This document shows, one piece after another, positions 31,037 through 42,933 of a stretch of DNA of 64,000 bases. The stretch covers positions 515,552 to 579,551 of the forward strand of contig OY970126.1 in assembly GCA_963705915.1 (NCBI GenBank), written 5' to 3'. The translations under genes and the position numbers were made by a program. The number at the start of each line of letters is the position of its first letter. Position 1 is the stretch's first letter. This DNA is from an uncultured bacterium (GTDB lineage Bacteria; Patescibacteriota; Minisyncoccia; UBA6257; 2-01-FULL-56-20). A model generated the notes under the pieces. It searched no databases and was not told the origin of the DNA. It was given only the letters and a program-made list of their open reading frames with translations.

Positions 31037-31771
31037 TTATGGGACGGCCGTTTTTTGTGAACGGGCTTGGAGGCCTTCGGCGATATCTTCGAGAAACGCT
31101 CGTATGGCGCCGGGCCGGTTGTTGTTCTGGACTATCTGCCTTCCAACGATCACCCGATCGGCTCCGACTTCGATCGCTTCGCTCGCGGTCATCGACCACT
31201 CTGGGTTTTGGTCGTCGCTCTCAATATGATGCCAACGTGAGCGAATGTTTGGCGTGCAGATTTTGAAATCGAATCCACTTTTCCGCAAGAGAGGGACTGC
31301 TCGAGGCGGAGCGATGATCCCGTCTAGGCCCGCTTTTTTCGCAACGCCCGCAAGCCTGACGACCACTTCTTCGAATGGATCACGGTACACATCCTCGACA
31401 TCTTCCTTTGAGCTGCTCGTGAGTACCGTCACACCCAACACCATCGTGTCCGGGAGCTCACGCTTCAAGGCACGAAGAGCTGTCGGACCGGCAGAGCATG
31501 CAGCGGTGACAACGGCAGGGTTAACACCTCGGAGGTGGGCGCCGTCGCTCTTCAGCGTTTGAAGCGTGCCGAATAATTTTACGTCGGCAAAAACCCTTAG
31601 GCTGAATGTTCTTTGCAGATGTTCAATCAGGCCATAACCAGGGTCCCTCGCAAATCCTTCGATCTTCAGAAGGACCTTCCTGTTCTTCAAAAACTCTGCG
31701 ACGGCGAAAAGGTCATCCAACGATGTATCAACAGCGACGATCAAACGTTCTTCAATGCTTGCCTCTTCCAT
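31037..31771 (-). CDS. pyrF: Orotidine-5'-phosphate decarboxylase-like protein (degenerate DxKxxD)
   Basis: RLIVAVD, LGVTVLTS, TPNIR...DDQ and GAD.VIVGRQI. The catalytic motif reads DVKLFGT. Confidence 0.75.
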   Translation of the reverse strand: MEEASIEERLIVAVDTSLDDLFAVAEFLKNRKVLLKIEGFARDPGYGLIEHLQRTFSLRVFADVKLFGTLQTLKSDGAHLRGVNPAVVTAACSAGPTALRALKRELPDTMVLGVTVLTSSSKEDVEDVYRDPFEEVVVRLAGVAKKAGLDGIIAPPRAVPLLRKSGFDFKICTPNIRSRWHHIESDDQNPEWSMTASEAIEVGADRVIVGRQIVQNNNRPGAIRAFLEDIAEGLQARSQKTAVP

Positions 31772-31864
31772 GTGACCTCCAAATCAAGTATCAAAAAGTA
31801 ATAGAACTTCTCACTTTATATATCATTTTCTCTTATGAGTAAAGAAGCTCTTTTATTATGGTGT

Positions 31865-31936
31865 GCCGACGGGAGGAGTCGAACCTCCGACCTAGCGCTT
31901 ATGAAACGCCCGCTCTAACCGCTGAGCTACGTCGGC
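31865..31936 (-). tRNA. tRNA with CAT anticodon (elongator Met or Ile2)
   Basis: Canonical cloverleaf GCCGACG...TTCATAA...GGTTCGACTCC...CGTCGGC-A. Confidence 0.93.
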
Positions 31937-31987
31937 AAATGCAAAATTACTATAGAGCAGATATCGCTTATTTTCAAACAAAAACAA

Positions 31988-32272
31988 TGATGTTGCGGGG
32001 GCAGGACTCGAACGTCGCTCGAGGACTCGCTCCCTCGGAACCCTCGGTTCCGAGCGGTTCGCATCGGAATGCGAACCCTCCAACACGGGGAACCTTGCGG
32101 TTCCCCGACCCCCTCCCTCGTTCTCGTCCTTGCCCAAGAAGTTTTTCTTTTTACCCTGAAAGGGTATGCCGGACGCGCGCAGGCGCGGAGGCGTAGGCCG
32201 CTTTCAGTAGAAAGCGAGCCGACCCTTTCAGGGTAAAAAGAAAAACTGATGTTGCGGGGGCAGGACTCGAAC
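31988..32272. repeat. 26-bp direct repeat of a tRNA 3' end (31988-32013 and 32247-32272)
   Basis: TGATGTTGCGGGGGCAGGACTCGAAC occurs twice, 259 nt apart. Confidence 0.9.
32140..32247 (+). repeat. Structured repeat element, copy 5
   Basis: Perfect 26-bp outer IR enclosing ATGCC-GGA-CGCGC-GCAG-GCGCG-GA-GGCGT and GGC-CGCTTTC-AGTA-GAAAGCG-A-GCC. Confidence 0.85.
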
Positions 32273-32325
32273 CTGCTTCGGGAGCTTATGGGGCTCCCCG
32301 GAAAACCTTTCCCAACCCTCCCGCG
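32252..32325 (-). tRNA. Atypical initiator-like tRNA (CAT)
   Basis: CGCGGGA/CCCCGCA acceptor with C1xA72, GGGAGC-CCCATAA-GCTCCC anticodon arm and canonical T arm; the D arm is aberrant. Confidence 0.55.
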
Positions 32326-32360
32326 ATGAGTGCTCGATTTCGCGCTTTGCACGTCCTGAG

Positions 32361-32390
32361 ATTATACCGATTTCTATGAGCGATTGTCAA
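32361..32390 (-). promoter_or_regulatory. Sigma70 promoter upstream of the atypical tRNA
   Basis: TTGACA-18 nt-TATAAT. Confidence 0.65.
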
Positions 32391-32418
32391 AACAATTCGT
32401 TAGTGACATTATCTAGAA

Positions 32419-33777
32419 ATGACTCCGGAAGATATTAAAAAACGCTATGGCGGTAAGAAAATAACGCTGATGGGACTCGGCCTTCTCGGGCGCGGCGTTC
32501 ACGATGCTGAATTCTTTGCTGAAGCCGGTGCCGAGCTCATCGTGACCGATCTTAAAAGCGCGACCGAACTCGCACCTTCGCTCGAGCGCCTTAAAAAATA
32601 TTCGCATATCACCTATCGGCTCGGTGAGCATAAGCTTGAAGATTTTGAACATTGCGATCTCGTGATTCGCGCGCCAAATGCGCCGCTTGACTCACCATTC
32701 CTCGCCCGTGCCCGCGAACACAACATTCCTGTTGAGATGGACGCATCGCTTTTTGCCAAACTCACCGATGCGACGATCGTCGGCGTGACGGGCACCCGGG
32801 GCAAATCGACGGTCACACAGATGATCTATGAAATCCTCCGTGCGGCCGGGAAAACCGCTTATCTCGGCGGCAACGTCCGCGATGTGGCCACGCTCCCCCT
32901 CGTATATAAGACGAAGCCGGGGGACATTGTCATTTTAGAACTCGATTCGTGGCAACTCCAAGGATTTGAGGAAGATCGCATAAGCCCCCACGTTTCTGTT
33001 TGGACAAACTTCATGCCCGACCATATGAATTATTATCACGGCGATATGGCTCGGTATTTCCAAGACAAAGCCGCTATCGCACGCTTCCAAAAGCCGGAGG
33101 ATTATTTCATCACAACGCCAGACATTAAAAAAACATTAGAAGAACGGTTCGGCATGCTCCATGGAACCTGCATTACGGACGTTGTCCTGCCGGAAGATTG
33201 GGAGATTGGCGTCCCCGGCGATCACAATCGTACGAACGCTGCTTTTGCACGGACGGCAGCGCTCTCCCTCGGCATTGTCGATGAGATTATCAAAAACTCA
33301 TTACAAGTTTTTCACGGCCTGCCTGGACGCCTTGAACTCCTCGGCGAAAAGCATGGCATAGCATTCTACAACGATTCGAACGCCACAACGCCCGAAGCCA
33401 CGATAGCCGCGCTTGAAGCGCTCATGTCTACGCATCGTCCGATCATCCTTATCGCTGGCGGCAGTGATAAAGAATTGGACTACACAAAGCTTATTCCAGC
33501 CATCGAACACACCGTTAAGAAATTGATCGTATTCAAGGGTACCGGAACAGAAAAAATGGCGAACCTTTTTTCGGCATCATTCGCTCAAAAAAACTTTCCG
33601 GGCGGTGACCCGCTCAAAGCAGCAGCACAAACCATGGACGAGGCCGTGAAAAAAGCGCTTGCCGTTGCAGAGCCGAACGACATCATTCTCTTATCCCCCG
33701 CCGCCACAAGCTTTGGCATCTTCAAAAACGAGTATGACCGAAGCGATCAGTTCCGGGCTTGTTTTGCAAAGCTGTAA
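32419..33777 (+). CDS. murD: UDP-MurNAc-L-Ala--D-Glu ligase
   Basis: GVTGTRGKST, ELDSWQL, YNDSNAT and LLSPAATSF. Confidence 0.93.
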   Translation: MTPEDIKKRYGGKKITLMGLGLLGRGVHDAEFFAEAGAELIVTDLKSATELAPSLERLKKYSHITYRLGEHKLEDFEHCDLVIRAPNAPLDSPFLARAREHNIPVEMDASLFAKLTDATIVGVTGTRGKSTVTQMIYEILRAAGKTAYLGGNVRDVATLPLVYKTKPGDIVILELDSWQLQGFEEDRISPHVSVWTNFMPDHMNYYHGDMARYFQDKAAIARFQKPEDYFITTPDIKKTLEERFGMLHGTCITDVVLPEDWEIGVPGDHNRTNAAFARTAALSLGIVDEIIKNSLQVFHGLPGRLELLGEKHGIAFYNDSNATTPEATIAALEALMSTHRPIILIAGGSDKELDYTKLIPAIEHTVKKLIVFKGTGTEKMANLFSASFAQKNFPGGDPLKAAAQTMDEAVKKALAVAEPNDIILLSPAATSFGIFKNEYDRSDQFRACFAKL

Positions 33778-33850
33778 TAAAAAGCCGGAGAGCGATTTCT
33801 GCCACGGCGCGAAATTGAAAAAACAGCCGAAAAACGCTACTATTCGGTAT

Positions 33851-34144
33851 ATGTCTTCTGTTATCAACAAGCACGAGCTCGAACATCTCGCAAAGCTCGC
33901 CCGGATTGAACTTGACCCGAACGAAGAAGAAAAGCTCCTTAAAGATTTGGGAAATATTTTGGAGCACTTCAAAGAACTCCAAGCGATTGATACCACAAAC
34001 ATCGAACCGATGGCTGGCGGCACCGATCTAAAAAATAGTTTTCGCGACGATACTGAACGCGAAAATACCAATCGCGGCGCAGGCGTCGACGTCTTCCCCG
34101 AAAAACAAAATGGTTTTTTGAAAGTGCCACCGGTTTTTGAATAG
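33851..34144 (+). CDS. gatC: Asp/Glu-tRNA amidotransferase subunit C
   Basis: HLAKLARI...FLKVPPVF; directly upstream of gatA. Confidence 0.93.
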   Translation: MSSVINKHELEHLAKLARIELDPNEEEKLLKDLGNILEHFKELQAIDTTNIEPMAGGTDLKNSFRDDTERENTNRGAGVDVFPEKQNGFLKVPPVFE

Positions 34145-34158
34145 CGCCGAAATCACTC

Positions 34159-35649
34159 ATGGAACTCCTCCGCGATCTCACCATAAAAAAATTCAGCGAC
34201 GGTTTGCGCGACAAAAAATTTTCCGCACTCGAGATCACCCAAGCGTCGCTTGAACACATCAAAAAAGAAAATCCTGAGATTAATGCGTTCTTGAGCACGG
34301 CAGAAGAGCAGGCGGTCCAACAAGCCGAAGATGTGGACATCTCCATTGCAAAAGACGACGAACTCCCAACGCTCGCGGGCGTTCCCCTCGCCATCAAAGA
34401 TTGCATCCTCATTAAAGATTTGCCCGCTACCGCGGCATCGAAAATCCTCGAAACCTATGCGGCGAGCTACGATGCGGGCGTCATCCAAAGATTAAAAAAA
34501 GATAAAGCGGTGTTTCTCGGCAAAACCAACCTGGATGAATTTGCCATGGGATCGTCAACCGAAAACTCAGCGTTCGGCGTCGTCAAAAATCCTCATGACA
34601 CAACGCGCGTTGCCGGCGGCTCATCTGGCGGATCGGCGGCGGCCGTTGCGGCACATATGGCGCTCGGCGGCCTCGGCACGGACACCGGCGGCTCAATCCG
34701 CTTGCCATCGAGCTTTTGCGGCGTGGTCGGCATGAGCCCGACGTATGGGGCGGTTTCCCGTTCGGGCGTCATCGCCATGGCATCAAGCCTTGACCAAGTT
34801 GGGCCAATCGCAAAAACCGTTGAAGACGCGGCGATTATCTTTAATACTATCCGCGGTAGCGACCCGCTCGATGCAACAAGCGCAGAAGACAACCGTCCGG
34901 AATATAAAGAAAAAGAATTGCTCGAGCCGGAACTCGCAACGGTAAAATCGCTCACCGTCGGTTTGCCGGAAGAATATTTTATCGACGGCCTCGAACCGGA
35001 AGTGAAAAAAGAGATCGATGCGACGATCGAGAAACTGACATCGCTCGGCATGACATTCAAAAAAATATCATTGCCGCATACAAAGTATGCGCTCTCGGTC
35101 TACTACATTATTGTCCCAGCGGAAGTGAGCTCGAATCTCGCGCGCTATGACGGGGTACGCTATTCGCGGCCAGTAGTATTTTCAAGCGGCGAGACAACAG
35201 GCGACGCACAAGGGCAAAACCTCACCGATCTCTACGTTAAAACCCGGGGCGCCGGCTTTGGCGCAGAATCAAAACGTAGGATCATCCTCGGAACATTCGT
35301 ATTGTCATCGGGCTACTATGATGCCTATTACGAAAAAGCCCAGCGCGTGCGCACCATCATCAAGCAAGAATTCGACTCGGCATTTAAAGAGGTGGATGTG
35401 ATGCTTGCCCCGGTCGCGCCAATGCGAGCATTCAAAATCGGCGAACGCGCGGACGACCCCCTTGCCATGTACCTCGCCGATGTTTTTTCCATCCCCCCGA
35501 AACTCGGCGGGTTCCCGGCTATTTCCATCCCTACAAAACCGGCGTCATCGCTCGCGCCGAAAGAATTGCCGGTTGGGTTCCAGCTCATCGGCCGCAAATG
35601 GCGCGAAGCCGACATCTTGGGCATTGGCCAATGGTATGAGAAGATATAA
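34159..35649 (+). CDS. gatA: Asp/Glu-tRNA amidotransferase subunit A
   Basis: GKTNLDEFAMGSSTENS, GGSSGGSAAAVA, GTDTGGSIR and SSNLARYDG. Confidence 0.98.
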   Translation: MELLRDLTIKKFSDGLRDKKFSALEITQASLEHIKKENPEINAFLSTAEEQAVQQAEDVDISIAKDDELPTLAGVPLAIKDCILIKDLPATAASKILETYAASYDAGVIQRLKKDKAVFLGKTNLDEFAMGSSTENSAFGVVKNPHDTTRVAGGSSGGSAAAVAAHMALGGLGTDTGGSIRLPSSFCGVVGMSPTYGAVSRSGVIAMASSLDQVGPIAKTVEDAAIIFNTIRGSDPLDATSAEDNRPEYKEKELLEPELATVKSLTVGLPEEYFIDGLEPEVKKEIDATIEKLTSLGMTFKKISLPHTKYALSVYYIIVPAEVSSNLARYDGVRYSRPVVFSSGETTGDAQGQNLTDLYVKTRGAGFGAESKRRIILGTFVLSSGYYDAYYEKAQRVRTIIKQEFDSAFKEVDVMLAPVAPMRAFKIGERADDPLAMYLADVFSIPPKLGGFPAISIPTKPASSLAPKELPVGFQLIGRKWREADILGIGQWYEKI

Positions 35650-35657
35650 CTAAGGAA

Positions 35658-36227
35658 ATGCCGACGTCATCCACCGCCACGAGTTCGCTGCAAGCCATTG
35701 CTTCGGCAACCGTTGCCTCGGCAAAAGCGGCGGGCCAGACATTTTTGAGCGTCTATTTTGCCAATGTCACGTGGCTCCAAATTTTAAGCGTGCTCATTTC
35801 GTCGCTGCTTTTTGCGCTCATCATTTATATCGGCGTAAAAACCAATTATTTCGGCATCCGTATCGACCGCGTGCGGGATATCATTTTGAAAAGCGACTTA
35901 TCGCGGGAGCTTGCACAACGCACCTGGGAGCGCATCGAAATGCATTTTTATAAAGGAAGCGAAAACGATATGAAAGTGGCAATTCTCGAAGCCGACAAGA
36001 TTTTGAACGAAGCCCTGCGCGCTGCAGGCATGCCCGGCATCCAACTGGGCGATCGCCTCAAGCGGGCAAAGACAAGCCAGATACCGAATCTCGACGAACT
36101 CTGGCAAGCCCATAAGCTCCGCAACCAGATCGCTCACGAACCTGACTTTACATTAAAACGGGACCTCGCCGAGCGGGCCCTCGATATTTATCACACGGCG
36201 CTCAAAAACTTAGGCGTCCTCGATTAA
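35658..36227 (+). CDS. Conserved-looking hypothetical membrane protein
   Basis: TM followed by AILEADKIL..AL...LGDRLK...W.AHKLRNQIAHE (RxxxxH, HEPN-like). Confidence 0.65.
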   Translation: MPTSSTATSSLQAIASATVASAKAAGQTFLSVYFANVTWLQILSVLISSLLFALIIYIGVKTNYFGIRIDRVRDIILKSDLSRELAQRTWERIEMHFYKGSENDMKVAILEADKILNEALRAAGMPGIQLGDRLKRAKTSQIPNLDELWQAHKLRNQIAHEPDFTLKRDLAERALDIYHTALKNLGVLD

Positions 36228-36236
36228 AAACAATGA

Positions 36237-37208
36237 CTAGAGCGACGTTCCGTTCACGCTCGTGAGCGTCATCGAATCAGATCCCGGAACAAACGTTCCA
36301 CCAAGTTGTGTTGAACTGCCAACATACGGTTGAAGCGCAGTGCCCACCCCTGCAGCTTTTGAATTCCCAATGAAAATCTTTCCGCCATAGGTGCCCACGA
36401 CAAAATAATTCTTTGCGGTGTTCACGTTCACAACGCCCGTTATGGAGATCGGCGTTGCCGTGGCCGTTGTGCCGGCCGGCACCGCATAGAACGAAAGCTC
36501 AGTCATAAGTTCCTGGTTGGATGCCATGAGCGCCGTGGTACTCGCGGCGAGCGCGGTGCTTGAGGCCGTGAGCGCATTCACTTGGCTTGTGAGCGAAGCA
36601 ACTTGCGAGGTGACGCTTGAACTCTGTCCCGAGAGCGAACTGATCTGGCCGCTCAGCGAATTGTTTTGCATATACAGATATCCGGAAAGACCGAGAAGGA
36701 CGAGGATGACAACTCCCCCAATGATGCTCATTGTCATGCCTTTCTTCGAACTGGATCCGGTCGGCATTGAGGTCATAGTTGTGGCCATTTTGGCCGGAGC
36801 CGCGGCGTCTTTCTTTTGAGCAACGCCCATCGTGGACATTGGGCCATCGGAAGCAGAGACAAGATCGCTCATCCTGATCACTTGCGGACCAGGACCGGAG
36901 TTCATCGGCGAGCTTTGCACTGCGGGCCTTGCCGCTGCAGGCGATGCCATGGCGTTTGTGGACGCCGGAAACGCCGACGCGGCTTTCGTGGTTGGTCCTG
37001 CAACGGTCACCGTGGGCTGCGCAGTAACAGCAGCCGGTTTAAAACCGGTAGCAGCAACTGCAGGCGCAGATCCTTCAAATTTTTTGAAGCTGTCCTCCAC
37101 ATCGGCCGCTTGCCATCCAACGCCGAGCAGTGCCGATTTTATCGTTTCCTTGGAGGCACCTGCTTTGACTTGTGCTGATATGTAGTCAACGAGTTGATCT
37201 TGTACCAT
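36237..37208 (-). CDS. Hypothetical membrane protein with low-complexity linker and coiled coil
   Basis: N-terminal LVDYI...I..ALL..GW domain, Ala/Pro/Thr linker, TM and Ser-rich coil. Confidence 0.7.
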   Translation of the reverse strand: MVQDQLVDYISAQVKAGASKETIKSALLGVGWQAADVEDSFKKFEGSAPAVAATGFKPAAVTAQPTVTVAGPTTKAASAFPASTNAMASPAAARPAVQSSPMNSGPGPQVIRMSDLVSASDGPMSTMGVAQKKDAAAPAKMATTMTSMPTGSSSKKGMTMSIIGGVVILVLLGLSGYLYMQNNSLSGQISSLSGQSSSVTSQVASLTSQVNALTASSTALAASTTALMASNQELMTELSFYAVPAGTTATATPISITGVVNVNTAKNYFVVGTYGGKIFIGNSKAAGVGTALQPYVGSSTQLGGTFVPGSDSMTLTSVNGTSL

Positions 37209-37247
37209 GTTCCCTAATGGTTGATATTATTTTTATTATACACTATC

Positions 37248-38090
37248 TCAAATTCGCTGGTAAGGATATGGACTGTACGGGCTGTAATCGCGGGCCCGAC
37301 GGACCCAGGTTCCTGAAATTGATCCGACCAAGAGGCCGAGTGAAACCAAAATAACGAATATCACGGCAACAATTTGAGCAATCACGATGAACGTTTTGCC
37401 GTTTGTTGCGTGTCCACCATGCACATGCGGCTTGAGCTCAATCATGTTGCGATACATGGAATAATAATACGCCACGGAAAACGGCGTTATAAAGAGAATA
37501 CTGAGCGCCGAGACAATTCCCCTGCCAATCATGCCACCAACGAGCACAAAGGGAATACTCACAATCGCATAGACAATGAGGATGCTCACAACCAGAAGCA
37601 CTACGCGCCCAAAAATTGCCCACCAATAACCGCGCGAATACTCACGACTCTGCGTGAGCGCTCCGAGTCCACGCTTTCCTTCGAGGATCACGGCAAAATT
37701 TGCAAAGATGAGCGCTATCGCAAGCCAAATGCCGGGGATGATAAGCATGACAGACGCACCAAGCACGGCGAAGATGAGCAAGATCGTGAGCCAGAGGAGC
37801 GATGAAAAGAGCCGCCCTCCCGCCTGATACGATTCGTTGAAGTCAGTTTTATGATGAAAAGAATAGACGAGAGCGGCACTGCTCACGATTGAAAAAAGCA
37901 CGCCGATGATCGAAATGATTACCCCCGCAATCGCAACCGGATAGCCGAAGGCTTGAAATATAGTCCCCAAGCCGAGCAAGAGCATCGGCGGCACCATGAT
38001 TTGCGTCGCCGTCTCAAAATGATCGGCATACGCCTTCCAGGCGTCTTGCCAAAGTTTTCCAACCGGATGCATCCGCAAAGTTCCTTCCAT
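37248..38090 (-). CDS. Multi-pass membrane protein
   Basis: About 7 hydrophobic segments; IIPGIW and AL..S.....GYWWAIFGR pattern. Confidence 0.75.
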   Translation of the reverse strand: MEGTLRMHPVGKLWQDAWKAYADHFETATQIMVPPMLLLGLGTIFQAFGYPVAIAGVIISIIGVLFSIVSSAALVYSFHHKTDFNESYQAGGRLFSSLLWLTILLIFAVLGASVMLIIPGIWLAIALIFANFAVILEGKRGLGALTQSREYSRGYWWAIFGRVVLLVVSILIVYAIVSIPFVLVGGMIGRGIVSALSILFITPFSVAYYYSMYRNMIELKPHVHGGHATNGKTFIVIAQIVAVIFVILVSLGLLVGSISGTWVRRARDYSPYSPYPYQRI

Positions 38091-38107
38091 AGTTTAAGTA
38101 TAACAAA

Positions 38108-38184
38108 TGGCGGGCCGGACGGGATTTGAACCCGCGATCTTTCCCGTGACAGGGGAACGTGTTGCCAGGCTACACCACCGGCCC
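38108..38184 (-). tRNA. tRNA-Asp(GTC)
   Basis: GGGCCGG acceptor, TTCCC-CT-GTC-AC-GGGAA anticodon arm and encoded CCA. Confidence 0.96.
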
Positions 38185-38219
38185 ATGCTGAAAAATTGTA
38201 TACTTCCGGTTGGTATAAA

Positions 38220-40367
<2,148 letters not shown>

Positions 40368-40415
40368 TTACTACAATATAGTCGAATACGGTTTTGCAGG
40401 CGAGCCGCGATGTGC

Positions 40416-40847
40416 CTAGGGGAATATGGTGCTCGTCGAAAGAATCTGTTCATAAAACGCGCGCGAACTGCTTTCTGATGTCCCCCGCGAGACGATGTAG
40501 GTCACGCTCGAGTTGTTGTAACACGCCGTCGTGCTGTTATTCGCGTCGTAGCACGTCACCGTCACCGTGGCACCGCTCCCCGAAAAAGGCCCCATCACCG
40601 GTGCGCTCGTGCAGCGCGGAATGGGATTCTGGGTGGATGTTGTTGCGCAGTAATAATTAAAAAGGCCGAAATCGGCGCCGGCGTCGGCGGCAAAAATCGC
40701 TTTCGCCGAATTCAGCGAATCCGTGCTCGATCGGATTTGGTAGAGGATGAGAAAACCCGCAATCGCCGTCGCGGCGATCATGGCGCCGCCAAGGGCGAGG
40801 ATTGCGATGAGCATGGCCTGTCCGGAACGTTCCCCTTCGATTGGCAT
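40416..40847 (-). CDS. Minor pilin-like protein (PilX-type N-terminus)
   Basis: RSG|QAMLIAIL hydrophobic helix and KAIFAADAG. Confidence 0.7.
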   Translation of the reverse strand: MPIEGERSGQAMLIAILALGGAMIAATAIAGFLILYQIRSSTDSLNSAKAIFAADAGADFGLFNYYCATTSTQNPIPRCTSAPVMGPFSGSGATVTVTCYDANNSTTACYNNSSVTYIVSRGTSESSSRAFYEQILSTSTIFP

Positions 40848-40944
40848 AGGTTCATTATATCATCCGCCGGAAAACGGACCGCCGGGAGGTAACCCCTCTC
40901 AGATAAAAGAACGCCCTATCGAGATTACCTCGACAGGGCGTTGA

Positions 40945-42807
40945 TTATTGATTTGGAACGGTTACGAATTGGTCACGGTTGGCGCAGTAGACCGAAAGGC
41001 CGTCTGCGGAAACCGCGAGTCCACCGCCACGCATGGCAGATGGGCACGTATTCGTGAGTGGCGTGACGACGCCGGCAGAAGACACGCTTTCGAATCGCAT
41101 AAGTTGGTTTGCGTAGTCATCGTAGGCTACGATCACCGCACCATGCGTTTCGTCGGCCGCGATGCGAAAAGCATTCGCGGGCAATATGACCGGCGTGCCC
41201 CAGGTGAGGGCATTCCCGTCAAAAAACGTGAGGCGTTGCGAAACGCTGTTATCGGCGTTCAGCACGGTGTCGAACACCGCTCCACCGCAGGAAGACTGGA
41301 ACGCGGCCGCGTACCAATTGCCTGCAAACGGATCCACCGAGTGTAATGTGGATGCCGGCGTGAAGCCTGGCAAAGGAGTGCTTGTGCCAACGAGAGACAC
41401 GTGCGCGTTCCCGCTGCCATCAAGACTCACACTGCCGTCGTAGAGTATCCCACTCGCCCGATCGTAGGGAAGGACATTCGTCCCACCACAGGCGGGAGTC
41501 ATTGCCAAAGGCCATGGATCGGTGCCAGCCGGAAGCGAAGCGACCGTCGGGCTTACCTGTTGCATGTTCACACACTGGAGACCAACGGTTGACGTAATAC
41601 AGAGGAGTCGATTGGCCGCAGCAACATCCTTTGTGCCTATCCCCTGGCTGTTGTCGGAAAAGCCACCCAGTTGACTGCCGTTCTCATCGGTCCAGAGTAC
41701 GTTCCCGTAATAGAAAAGCATACCAAGGTCCTCTGAAGCGGGATCAACGGTCAAAACCGGCGATCCACCAAACTGGAGCGGGGCCTCTTGTGAACCATTC
41801 GACAGATCGAAGGAGTCAACAGCGCCGATCGCATCGATGAACATGTTAGTTGCCGACGCGGCCGCCGGGTTGAAGTTTCCAAAAAAGACAAGCTGACTGT
41901 TGGCCGAAGGCGTTGAGCATTCGCTCTTGCCGTCGGCAGAACAAACCTGAATGGAAAACGTCCCAGGCGACCAATGCCCCGGATCGATGCTGAGTGAAAA
42001 TGAGATCAGATTTGGATTATTCGACCCATTGGTAGTGCAGCCGAATATCGGAGTGATACAAACCTGATCGCCAGCAGCAAATCCGTTGCCCTGGATATCC
42101 AACCCACCAACGATACCTGGCGAGTCGAGCGAAAAGTGATTCGGCGAAATGCCGGTCACGGTGATCGGATTCGGCGTGACCGTGACGGAAGCGGAAGCTT
42201 GCTTCGAACCGTCGAGCGTCGACACCGTAATCGTCATCGCAGTCTGTTTCGAAACGAGCGGTGCCGTGAAAAGACCACTCTCGTCGAATGACCCCCCGAT
42301 GTTCGAGGGCATGAGCGCCCATGTGAATCCGGTGGTCCCGGTGACGCTCACGGTGAATTGTTTTGTTCCCCCGCCGACAACGGTTGCTGTCGTGGGCGTT
42401 ATCGAGATGCCAATCGGCGGTTGCTGAGCCGTGATCACGATCGTAGTCGATGCCGACTTTGTCGTGTCGTCGGTTGACGTAGCGGTTACCGTTGCCGTTC
42501 CGGCTGCGGTGCCCGTTACGAGGCCGTTTGCAGTTACCGTGCCGAGGTTCGCCGGTGAAAGCGACCACGTCACGGTACCTTTGCATCCCGACCCACTGAC
42601 GTTCGGCTTGGCGCTGCACTGCGACGTGCCACCGACGAGAATGCTCGCCGGGTCGCACGTTGGCGTGGAAACGCTCGACACTTGGCACGAAGGCGGAGGA
42701 GGATTTTGTCCTCCTGTTCCACTCGTAGGTGAACTCACACTACCGCCACCGCAGCCAACCATGACCGCGACAGCAAAAATAGTCGCGAACAACCATGTAT
42801 GCTTCAC
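40945..42807 (-). CDS. Putative lipoprotein with Ig-like domains
   Basis: Signal ending VMVG-C then GGGS; VTWS...GTV.ANGLVT and TVTATSTDDTTKSAS Ig-like (Big_2-type) repeats. Confidence 0.75.
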   Translation of the reverse strand: MKHTWLFATIFAVAVMVGCGGGSVSSPTSGTGGQNPPPPSCQVSSVSTPTCDPASILVGGTSQCSAKPNVSGSGCKGTVTWSLSPANLGTVTANGLVTGTAAGTATVTATSTDDTTKSASTTIVITAQQPPIGISITPTTATVVGGGTKQFTVSVTGTTGFTWALMPSNIGGSFDESGLFTAPLVSKQTAMTITVSTLDGSKQASASVTVTPNPITVTGISPNHFSLDSPGIVGGLDIQGNGFAAGDQVCITPIFGCTTNGSNNPNLISFSLSIDPGHWSPGTFSIQVCSADGKSECSTPSANSQLVFFGNFNPAAASATNMFIDAIGAVDSFDLSNGSQEAPLQFGGSPVLTVDPASEDLGMLFYYGNVLWTDENGSQLGGFSDNSQGIGTKDVAAANRLLCITSTVGLQCVNMQQVSPTVASLPAGTDPWPLAMTPACGGTNVLPYDRASGILYDGSVSLDGSGNAHVSLVGTSTPLPGFTPASTLHSVDPFAGNWYAAAFQSSCGGAVFDTVLNADNSVSQRLTFFDGNALTWGTPVILPANAFRIAADETHGAVIVAYDDYANQLMRFESVSSAGVVTPLTNTCPSAMRGGGLAVSADGLSVYCANRDQFVTVPNQ

Positions 42808-42933
42808 GTTGAATCTCCTTTTATTTCAATGTTTGCAGGTAATTCTTAGGTTAGCCTGCGGCTTACTGCTCAGGACATTATATGTAATTTTCGGGGAAAT
42901 GTAAATCCCGGGCGCACTGCCCGGGATTATTGC

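Noticed and set aside
31988-32272. Prophage or integrative element at the tRNA direct repeat
   Set aside because: The repeats are only 259 nt apart, and no integrase or phage gene lies in the window.
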